In this document: piece after piece, positions 10,705 to 18,234 of the stretch
How positions within the stretch are numbered: position 1 is the stretch's first letter
How the letters are laid out: every line of letters begins with the position of its first letter
Assembly: GCA_007134735.1 (NCBI GenBank)
Contig: SLKG01000082.1
Coordinates: 2,731 to 66,730 of the forward strand
DNA from: Kiritimatiellia bacterium
GTDB taxonomy: Bacteria; Verrucomicrobiota; Kiritimatiellia; SLAD01
Direction of reading: 5' to 3'
DNA length: 64,000 nucleotides
The notes under the pieces: generated by a model
What the model saw: the letters and a program-made list of their open reading frames with translations, nothing else
Told to the model about the DNA's origin: nothing
Database searches by the model: none
Made by a program: the position numbers and the translations under genes

Positions 10705-11166
10705 TTATTCCAACGCCGCCAGCACTTCGTCCGGGTGCGTTTCCGCGTTCTTCACGGATTTCCAGTGCTTCACAACCTTGCCGTCCGAACCGATCAGCAC
10801 GGTGGACCGGATTGTCCCTTCCACTTCCTTCCCGTACATCATCTTCTTTCCAAACGCACCGTACTTCTTCATCACCTTGGCGTCCGGGTCGGATAACAGA
10901 ATGAACGGCAATTTGTATTTCTTCCGGAACTCCTCATGAGACGCACGCCCGTCGCGGCTCACCCCTAAAACAACGGCGCCCTTTTTCTGAATGTCCCGGT
11001 TTCGATCGCGGAAACCGCAGGCCTCCTTTGTGCAACCCGGCGTATCATCCTTGGGATAGAAATAAAGCACCACGGTCTTTCCGGCATACTCCTTCAGGCT
11101 GTGTTTCTTTCCGTCGCTTCCCTCCAACGTGAACTCCGGGGCCTTCTGTCCTTCAAGTCTGCTCAT
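10705..11166 (-). CDS. bcp: peroxiredoxin Bcp (thiol peroxidase, 1-Cys/atypical 2-Cys)
   Basis: 153 aa; FTLEGSDGKKHSLKEYAGKTVVLYFYPKDDTPGCTKEACGFRD peroxidatic Cys motif. Confidence 0.9.
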   Translation of the reverse strand: MSRLEGQKAPEFTLEGSDGKKHSLKEYAGKTVVLYFYPKDDTPGCTKEACGFRDRNRDIQKKGAVVLGVSRDGRASHEEFRKKYKLPFILLSDPDAKVMKKYGAFGKKMMYGKEVEGTIRSTVLIGSDGKVVKHWKSVKNAETHPDEVLAALE

Positions 11167-11373
11167 GAATCTTTCTCCTTTTGTACAAAGTCGGACAATA
11201 TGCCGGCGCCTTACAAGTGATTAAAAGCCGACGCGGGGATTGCATCGGCCGGAACCGCTTACGTTCGGACATTGACGGGCAAAATTGATTGACCCAGACT
11301 ATTATTCGGAAAACGTCTCAACTTCGCCGCCCGTGGCGGGCGTCTGAACGATGAGCATGGCAAGGGTAGAGGA

Positions 11374-12141
11374 TTGAGCACGACCTTGAACATACCAGAC
11401 GAGCTGATCCAGGCGTTGCAACAGACCGCGCGTGTAACCGTGATGACCGGCGCGGGCATCTCGCAGGAGAGCGGAATCCCGACGTTTCGCGACGCGATGG
11501 AAGGGCTTTGGGCGAAATACGACCCTGCCGAATTGGCCACGCCCGAGGCGTTCGAGCGGGATCCGGAGCGGGTGACCCGATGGTACGATGAGCGGCGCAT
11601 GAAATGTCTGTCGGCCCGTCCGAACGCGGGACACCACGCCTTGGCACGCATGGAGTCCGCGTTTCAAGATCGCGGCGACTATTTTGTGTTGATCACCCAG
11701 AACATCGATGGACTGCACCGGTCGGCGGGCAGCCGGGACGTCATCGAATTGCACGGGTCGATACGCCGATGGCGCTGTGTTGCGTGCAACCGCGCGCGTG
11801 ATGAGGACGGCGGACTGTTTGAAACGTATCCGCCCCGTTGTGAATGCGGAGGCATGCGGCGCCCCGATGTCGTGTGGTTCGGAGAATTTCTTCCGGAAGC
11901 GGCTGTACGGCGCGCAACCGCGGCGTCGCTATCCTGCAATCTTTTTCTATCTGTGGGAACCAGCGGAGTTGTGTATCCGGCGGCGGATTTATTGAATACC
12001 GCGAAGGTTGCGGGCGCGAAAATTGTGGAAGTAAATCCCGAACCGACGCCCGCCTCCGCCTTTGCGGATTGGATGTTGCCCGGCCGCGCCGGGGATGTGC
12101 TCCCGAAACTGGCGGAGATAACGGAACGAAAGCGCATGTAG
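11374..12141 (+). CDS. cobB: NAD-dependent protein deacylase, sirtuin (CobB-type)
   Basis: TTG start; GAGISQESGIPTFRD NAD-binding motif, CVAC...CECGG zinc ribbon, 255 aa typical of housekeeping Sir2. Confidence 0.85.
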   Translation: MSTTLNIPDELIQALQQTARVTVMTGAGISQESGIPTFRDAMEGLWAKYDPAELATPEAFERDPERVTRWYDERRMKCLSARPNAGHHALARMESAFQDRGDYFVLITQNIDGLHRSAGSRDVIELHGSIRRWRCVACNRARDEDGGLFETYPPRCECGGMRRPDVVWFGEFLPEAAVRRATAASLSCNLFLSVGTSGVVYPAADLLNTAKVAGAKIVEVNPEPTPASAFADWMLPGRAGDVLPKLAEITERKRM

Positions 12142-12161
12142 GGGCTTCGCTTGCGAAGCCC
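12134..12161. repeat. REP-like hairpin element, family 3 (CATGTAGGGGCTTCGCTTGCGAAGCCCG); overlaps cobB stop codon
   Basis: Second copy of family-3 element; perfect 9-bp stem gggcttcgc/gcgaagccc. Confidence 0.6.
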
Positions 12162-12176
12162 GGAAGCTATTTTTTG
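12142..12176 (+). terminator. rho-independent terminator of cobB (family-3 hairpin plus T-tract)
   Basis: gggcttcgc-ttgc-gcgaagccc followed by ggaagctATTTTTT. Confidence 0.5.
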
Positions 12177-12209
12177 ACTTGGGATGCCGTGCGTAATATC
12201 CTGTCGATC

Positions 12210-12869
12210 ATGTTTCACTCACCGATACCCGCACTTCCCCGGCGCGCCTTGACAACAGGCGAGGAGATTGCCAACAGCGCCAGTCACGGCGTGGCCGCCT
12301 TGGCCATATCGATCGGCATCCCGTTTCTCATGGTACACGCGGTCCGGGTCCGGGACACGGGATACATTGTCGGCGCCGCTATTTTTTCGGCTACCGTATT
12401 CTTGTTGTTCCTCACATCTACGATCTACCACGGCCTGCCCCTCAACCGGGCCAAAAAGGTATTTCGGCTGTTGGATCACAGCGCCATTTACCTTCTGATC
12501 GCCGGCACGTATACGCCGTTCACGCTCGGTCTTCTGCGCGGGGCATGGGGCTGGTCGCTCTTTGGGGTCATCTGGGCCATGGCCTTTCTCGGCATCATGT
12601 TCAAGACCGGCGGGCGGCTGCATCACCCGGTCCTGTCCGCGTCTCTGTATCTGGCCATGGGTTGGCTGGTGCTTATCGCCATTTTCCCCCTTTGGCATCG
12701 GATGACCGGCATCGGCTTCATGTGGCTTTTGGCGGGCGGACTCTGCTACACCGTCGGGATCGTCTTTTATGCGGCGCGCTCGTGGCCTTATCATCATCTG
12801 GCATGGCATTTGTTCGTAATGGGAGGCGCCGCCTGTCATTACTTCGCCGTACTCTGGCACGGCGTGTGA
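12210..12869 (+). CDS. hemolysin III / PAQR-family channel protein
   Basis: ATG at 12210 inside the longer 11844 ORF (upstream part overlaps cobB and is non-coding-looking); 7 TM helices, conserved HSAIYLLIAGTYTPF and HLFVMGG motifs of the HlyIII family; ~219 aa. Confidence 0.8.
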   Translation: MFHSPIPALPRRALTTGEEIANSASHGVAALAISIGIPFLMVHAVRVRDTGYIVGAAIFSATVFLLFLTSTIYHGLPLNRAKKVFRLLDHSAIYLLIAGTYTPFTLGLLRGAWGWSLFGVIWAMAFLGIMFKTGGRLHHPVLSASLYLAMGWLVLIAIFPLWHRMTGIGFMWLLAGGLCYTVGIVFYAARSWPYHHLAWHLFVMGGAACHYFAVLWHGV

Positions 12870-12890
12870 ATCGGAGCCTGTAATCAATTT

Positions 12891-13436
12891 ATGAAGGATA
12901 ATATCCACATACGCAAAGCGGTTGCATCGGACCTGGACAAGGTGCTGTCCGTCGAACGCGCGGCTTTCGAAACCGACGGTGAAGCAAAACTGACACACGA
13001 TCTCCTGCAGGATCCCGAAGCGCAACCGGTCGTTTCACTTCTGGCCATGGAGGGGGACGAGGCAATCGGCCATATCCTGTTCACCCGGGCAGGCGTGGAA
13101 TCCGATCCATCCCCGTCGGCGTATATTCTTGCGCCGCTGGCCGTGATTCCCCCGCGCCAGAAACAGGGTGTCGGCGGAAAACTCATCCGGCACGGCCTGC
13201 GGATGCTTTCGGATTCCGGCGTGGATCTCGTTTTCGTGCTCGGTCATACCGACTATTACCCGCGTTTCGGATTCAAACCGGCTCTACCACTGGGGTTCGA
13301 GCCCCCTCAGCCGGTCGAGGAACGACATGCCGACGCCTGGATGGTCTTGGAGCTTACGCCCGGGACCATCGAGCAATCCGGCGGACGGGTGCACTGTGCG
13401 CCCGCCATGAACACACCGTCATGCTGGCGTGAATAG
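12891..13436 (+). CDS. GNAT-family N-acetyltransferase
   Basis: 181 aa; acetyl-CoA binding motif A RQKQGVGGKLIRHG. Confidence 0.7.
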   Translation: MKDNIHIRKAVASDLDKVLSVERAAFETDGEAKLTHDLLQDPEAQPVVSLLAMEGDEAIGHILFTRAGVESDPSPSAYILAPLAVIPPRQKQGVGGKLIRHGLRMLSDSGVDLVFVLGHTDYYPRFGFKPALPLGFEPPQPVEERHADAWMVLELTPGTIEQSGGRVHCAPAMNTPSCWRE

Positions 13437-13459
13437 ACGTGGGCCGGCTATACCGGAGG

Positions 13460-14899
13460 TTACGCGTTTCGTCTTCTCAACCGCATGGCCAAACGGCCAA
13501 AGGTGAAATAGCCGAACACAAGCCAGAACAGGGTAATGCCGCCGGTCAGCATCAGGACAAAACGCGGGCCGAATTCGACAATGAGCGGCAGGGATGCCGC
13601 GGTGAACAGGCCCCCGCCCACGACCGGCTCGAAAAGGAGCTGTTTGTAGCCGAAACTCTCCAGCGAACCGGACCGGTTCGGCGGATCGGCCATGCGCATG
13701 AGCAGTAGACCGGTTACGGTGACCCCCATCGATTGCCCGAAATCGCCGATTCCGCGCTCGAACCAGTCGTACGGGATAAGCCGGGGCGCCAACACGATCA
13801 CGGCCGTCACGTTCCACAATATCCCCGCCGCGGCAAGGGACAGGAACGGAACCAGGTGCTCGCCGAGCGCCATAATGGACAGTGTGCCCAACGCCGAAAC
13901 AATCGTAAAATCAAGTGCCATGCCGGAAATGCGGTTCATCAGACGTCGACTCAGATGATGCCCCATGCCCGTGCGATCCAGAAAGATCTGGATGATGACA
14001 CCGCCAATCATGGCGAGGGGAAACAAGGGTATGTGACGAATCAGTTCGGGGCCGTCGTTACGCGCCCAGGTGGCCTGCTCAAGCCCGATCAACCCTTCCT
14101 TGATCAGCCAGCCGATTCCGATGGCGAGCGCAACCACGCCGAGATGAATGGACAGTGGATCCGTGGATTGCTCTTCCTGTGTCCGGTTTCGTTCCAGTTC
14201 TTGAATCTGTTCGCGCGTCAGATCTTTGGGGTCGACCGAACACGTAACGTCGGGCTCGGATTCGACCTCGATATATTTCCGCCGCGCGGCCCAGTTGATC
14301 AGGATGGTCCCGATGACCACGCCTGAAACAAGGCCGATGGTGGCGAGACCAAGGGCCAGGTCCGCGCCTTCCGCAAAACCGAGTTCGCGGAAGGATGCCG
14401 CCATTCCGGCGGCGGTGCCGTGCCCGCCCTCAAAGCCGATTTCGATCAGCGCTCCCGCCATTGGATGGATCCCGAATACCGGGGTCAGCACCAGCAGGCA
14501 CAGGGAAATACCGACCACGTATTGTCCCCAAGCCAGCGTTTGTCCGAACACGACCTGCGGTCCCGCGCGCACCCAGATTTCCCGGATGCCGGGAATGGCC
14601 TTGCCCAGGAACAGCGCGGCAAACACCACGTTGATCAACAGACCGGGCAAACCGCGCCACGCGGTCAGGATGGATTCCGGAAACAGGCCGTTTGCCAGCA
14701 GGGCTTCCTCCCCGGCCGCCGACGTGACGGCCACACCCAACACCTGCGGGCCCAGAACCAGTACGAGAAATCCGGCGATGATGGAGCTTGGCAGAAAAAG
14801 CGCTTGTATCCAGCGGGTTCGCGCACGCAGCACGTTTGAGACGAGCAGAAACAGCCCGATCAGAACGATCGCCCAAAATACGTTCGGCAAGGAAACCAT
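13460..14899 (-). CDS. gltS: sodium/glutamate symporter GltS-family transporter
   Basis: 479 aa polytopic membrane protein; IEIGFEGGHGTAAGMAASFRELGF matches GltS signature (SGGHGTGAAW...); two-domain repeat architecture with charged central loop. Confidence 0.7.
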   Translation of the reverse strand: MVSLPNVFWAIVLIGLFLLVSNVLRARTRWIQALFLPSSIIAGFLVLVLGPQVLGVAVTSAAGEEALLANGLFPESILTAWRGLPGLLINVVFAALFLGKAIPGIREIWVRAGPQVVFGQTLAWGQYVVGISLCLLVLTPVFGIHPMAGALIEIGFEGGHGTAAGMAASFRELGFAEGADLALGLATIGLVSGVVIGTILINWAARRKYIEVESEPDVTCSVDPKDLTREQIQELERNRTQEEQSTDPLSIHLGVVALAIGIGWLIKEGLIGLEQATWARNDGPELIRHIPLFPLAMIGGVIIQIFLDRTGMGHHLSRRLMNRISGMALDFTIVSALGTLSIMALGEHLVPFLSLAAAGILWNVTAVIVLAPRLIPYDWFERGIGDFGQSMGVTVTGLLLMRMADPPNRSGSLESFGYKQLLFEPVVGGGLFTAASLPLIVEFGPRFVLMLTGGITLFWLVFGYFTFGRLAMRLRRRNA

Positions 14900-14915
14900 C
14901 GCTTCTCCGGCCGGC

Positions 14916-17876
14916 TTATTCTTCCTCCGGCATCTCTACCATGATGCGGAAATACGCTCTCGCGGCCTTATCATCGTCAAAGATGAAAGAATCTTCGTCG
15001 CCCGCCCCGGGGCGCCGATCGACGCCGGGAACATTGCTCCAGATACCGTCCACCAGGTCTTCCACAAACTGGAACGAATACACCCGCCCCGTCGAACCCG
15101 GCTCGAAATAGACGGTCATCGGCGGACCGGGCTCCACATCCAGTATCCGGAATATCGAAGCGGGATTGGTCGGATTCAGGTCGGCGATGAATTGCTGCGT
15201 AAGGGTCATGCGTTTGTCGGGATCGTAACGCTGATCCACATCGCTCCAGTCTTCTTCTACCTCAGGCTCAATCTCATGCACGGTATACCAGTCAATGGCT
15301 ACGCCGCCCACGCTTTGGAAGAAGGCCGTATAGGTTCCGGACTCTTGCACCCCTTGTTCCGTACGCGCCGGAGCCATATGGCCATCGTCCCAATGCCGGA
15401 ACTCCGCCCCGGCCTCGGGGTCCGCGATAACTTCCTCGCCGTCCTCGCCGTCGCGCACCACTTGGGTTGTCGGACCCGCCAGTTCCCCGCCTGCACCCGC
15501 GATATAGGTCAGGGCATGACCGACCGTGTAGGCATGGAGTGTGGCCCGGAATTTGGCAACGCCGAATGCAATCCCGTCGTCGTTATCTATCTCACCCAGG
15601 GCATGCGCGAAAATAATCCCGCCCAAATGGTCGCCGACCTCTTTCTCGATCGGGCCGTAAGTGGTTTGCTCCAGATTGTCCAGCAGGACCGTATCCTCGT
15701 CATCCGCGGGGATCACGGCAATGGTGTTGACGTCGGGGTCGGTCAACGCCTCCCAGGTGATCAGAACAGGGCTTGCCAACAGATCCTCTTGAAGGGGTTG
15801 TGTGATGACCGGTTGCTGCGCGGGCATCGGCAACGGACTCACGCGGTCCGCGGCGCCGAACCAGAAAGGCGTGCATATCGCCGTTTCGGAGTCCGGGCGC
15901 AGGACCAGCACATGCCAGCCATCCCCCGGCAGGTCGTCCGGATCGTCGGCGTCAATTTCGAACAGGATTTCGTTGTCATGTACCGGCGACAGGTCGGCAT
16001 GGTGCAAATAATGTGCGTCGCCGTCTTGCGATCGCAGTATGACCTCGTAAAACAGGGAGGCAACCGAATCGGTGAAATAAGTTTCGAAGGAAAAAACGTG
16101 AACCGGATCGTCCCCGTTCGCCTCCAAGACAAATCGGCCGAAGTCAACGCGCTCGATTGAATCAAACCGGTCCGGATCGGTATTCGTCGAAAATATGGAT
16201 TCCGTCACATTCGCGCGCAGGAGCAAATAGATCGTCTCCACTTCGCCGCTCGTGTCGTCCTCTTCCGCATTGATGAAGAGGACTTCACATCCGTACACGC
16301 GATCCGGTGTCAGCGCCTCCATTGTAATGTTTGTCGGGAAGGGATCGCCGGGCTCGATTTCGATGAATTCTTCGTACTCCTCATCCTCGGCGAATTCCTC
16401 CCAGTAAAACGCCAAAATGACCCCGAAGTTGGGATCCGGCACGAAAGCCCACTCGAGGTTGGCTTCCGGTGCGGCAACATCCGACTGACCCATGGCGGGT
16501 GATACGATTTGCGGCATGGCGTTGGGCATCTCCGGCGTCTCGGCAAAATCCACAATGGCGGTGGACACACCGTTGTAATGCGTGATCTCCACCAGATATT
16601 CGCCCGCCTCGAATTTGGCATCCAGTGCTGCGATGCTTTCGCCCTGCTCTCCATACTCCCACCACTCAAGTTCCCAGTCGTCAGGCTCCAATTCATACCA
16701 TTGGTCCGACGGCGCCTTAAAGCGGGCGCCCAGGATGCCTTCCCCTAAAACTTCCAGCAAAAAGAAGTGAAACCGGTCGTCCCATGTCACCCAAATCAAC
16801 GCAATCTCTTCAACGTCCAGTGTGGCGTAGCGCCAGAAAATATACGTGGAATGATCGTGTTCATCGTAAAAGTACACGTACCCTTCTGTACCCTCCTGGA
16901 TATTGATTCCTTCCGCACCCAAGTTGGCCGTCCACTCCCCGTCGTTGTTCGCCTGGGCTTCAACCGTAACTTCGCCGACACGCACCAGCACCCAGACATT
17001 TGAGGGGCCGACGCCGCTGAGCGTGTCGGCGTCCATGTCCGCGCCGATGACGGACAGGCCAACCACTGTCATGGAGCGCAGATATGTCCCGTCGTCCGCC
17101 GTGATCACGTCGCCGGCCCGAATGCGGTAATCCTCACCGGGATCAAACCACCAGTATCCATGGTAATCGGCGTATACGGTGGCGAACACATCCGGATCGC
17201 CGGGATCGCCGATGGTAATTTCGATGACGGCCCCGGCCGGCCATCCTTCACCCCTGATATAGTTGCGAAAAGGATTAACCCGAATGACGGGATCCGGCAG
17301 GCGCCAGTAGATGTGCGTTTCATCCCCGTCCTCATCAAACTGGGCGGCGGCGCCCCCCATACCCGGTTCAAGGTCGAACGCCCGTTCCCAATACTCTCCA
17401 CCCGCAGGTTCATTGAAATCCACCAGCCACTCGCCATGTTCATCCACTTCTACATCGCGACTGATATCTTCGTCCCAAACATTCACATTTACCCACGTTC
17501 CCGTCTGCGCCGTTCCCTGTATAGTGTTGTTCGAATAATTGACTTCCGTGATCTGCAGATCGGTCACCACATGCTCTCTCAATACGCTGTCGGATTCGGC
17601 CCGGATCAGGTCATGCGCCTGGATGTCGAGAGGGCTGTCCACCCACCAATCCCCCCATTCATTGACCACGGTGGTGCCCAGCGTTTCATCCGGCGATCCC
17701 ACCCGCGTCACGGTCACCGTTTCATCGACCGGCCATTCGTGTCCCCACACATGATCCGCCATGGGATCCACCATGAAACGGGGGTCTTCATCGGCTTGCG
17801 CGGGTATGGCCCATGCCGTACCGATCAATGCAAGAGTTACCAAACGGAATGAAAACATGATCCTCTTCATCATCAT
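14916..17876 (-). CDS. large secreted acidic Trp-rich protein of unknown function (986 aa) with C-terminal module shared with the GH57 giant
   Basis: Start placed at MMMKRIMFSFRLVTLALIGTAWAIPAQA signal peptide (ATG 17876, AGGGGG RBS 8 nt upstream; longer 18008 ORF start lacks signal); very D/E/W-rich, no recognisable catalytic motif; 14 bp upstream of gltS on same strand. Confidence 0.6.
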   Translation of the reverse strand: MMMKRIMFSFRLVTLALIGTAWAIPAQADEDPRFMVDPMADHVWGHEWPVDETVTVTRVGSPDETLGTTVVNEWGDWWVDSPLDIQAHDLIRAESDSVLREHVVTDLQITEVNYSNNTIQGTAQTGTWVNVNVWDEDISRDVEVDEHGEWLVDFNEPAGGEYWERAFDLEPGMGGAAAQFDEDGDETHIYWRLPDPVIRVNPFRNYIRGEGWPAGAVIEITIGDPGDPDVFATVYADYHGYWWFDPGEDYRIRAGDVITADDGTYLRSMTVVGLSVIGADMDADTLSGVGPSNVWVLVRVGEVTVEAQANNDGEWTANLGAEGINIQEGTEGYVYFYDEHDHSTYIFWRYATLDVEEIALIWVTWDDRFHFFLLEVLGEGILGARFKAPSDQWYELEPDDWELEWWEYGEQGESIAALDAKFEAGEYLVEITHYNGVSTAIVDFAETPEMPNAMPQIVSPAMGQSDVAAPEANLEWAFVPDPNFGVILAFYWEEFAEDEEYEEFIEIEPGDPFPTNITMEALTPDRVYGCEVLFINAEEDDTSGEVETIYLLLRANVTESIFSTNTDPDRFDSIERVDFGRFVLEANGDDPVHVFSFETYFTDSVASLFYEVILRSQDGDAHYLHHADLSPVHDNEILFEIDADDPDDLPGDGWHVLVLRPDSETAICTPFWFGAADRVSPLPMPAQQPVITQPLQEDLLASPVLITWEALTDPDVNTIAVIPADDEDTVLLDNLEQTTYGPIEKEVGDHLGGIIFAHALGEIDNDDGIAFGVAKFRATLHAYTVGHALTYIAGAGGELAGPTTQVVRDGEDGEEVIADPEAGAEFRHWDDGHMAPARTEQGVQESGTYTAFFQSVGGVAIDWYTVHEIEPEVEEDWSDVDQRYDPDKRMTLTQQFIADLNPTNPASIFRILDVEPGPPMTVYFEPGSTGRVYSFQFVEDLVDGIWSNVPGVDRRPGAGDEDSFIFDDDKAARAYFRIMVEMPEEE

Positions 17877-18024
17877 TCGTTCCCCCTTGGAAGTAGGCAT
17901 GGCTTGCGACTCCGGGCCTTTAGCGATGTAACGGATGCCCTTGCCAATTTCTTTCCTGATTACCTGCATTCTGTCAATAATGTCAACAATAATATTCCCG
18001 ATAAGCACCCGGGAAAGTACAAAA

Positions 18025-18057
18025 GTACCTGTCCCTCAGGACCAAAGTACCTGTCCC
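18025..18057. repeat. two tandem copies of 13-mer GGGACAGGTACTTT (reverse orientation) upstream of the acidic giant / Lpd-like genes
   Basis: AAAGTACCTGTCCC at 18022-18035 and 18044-18057, 22-bp period; same core as clusters at 28.0-29.2 kb and 35.0 kb. Confidence 0.7.
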
Positions 18058-18065
18058 TGGTTTTC

Positions 18066-18080
18066 TTCCAACGATTGGAA
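18066..18080. promoter_or_regulatory. 15-bp palindromic operator-like site TTCCAAcgaTTGGAA
   Basis: Perfect inverted repeat; second copy 32 bp downstream; third copy upstream of Fe-ADH at 44195. Confidence 0.45.
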
Positions 18081-18097
18081 ATGTGGATGCAAAAAGG

Positions 18098-18112
18098 TTC
18101 CAATGATTGGAA
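18098..18112. promoter_or_regulatory. 15-bp palindromic operator-like site TTCCAAtgaTTGGAA
   Basis: Perfect inverted repeat, 123 bp upstream of the Lpd-like oxidoreductase start. Confidence 0.45.
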
Positions 18113-18234
18113 AATCGGGTCGGAAACGGCTCAATTCCGGCGGCGCTTGCGCCCGGTGGGGTCCGGCGGTACGATGACGGTTCGATCCTCATCAACGGTG
18201 ATGTTCGTACCGTTCAATAACAGGTGGATGAATC

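Noticed and set aside
11374-12141. SIR2 protein as a Thoeris/DSR-type defence component
   Set aside because: It is 255 aa, with classic CobB NAD-binding and Zn-ribbon motifs, and has no SLOG, TIR or other effector domain. It is a housekeeping sirtuin.
12219-13025. 268-aa minus-strand ORF
   Set aside because: It is antisense to the hemolysin-III and GNAT genes, which have clear family motifs.
14916-15143. Shared C-terminal tail as a T9SS C-terminal domain or PEP-CTERM signal
   Set aside because: There is no terminal K-rich strand, no PEP motif, and no TM helix or basic tail. The tail is kept as an unclassified shared module, possibly Fn3-like.
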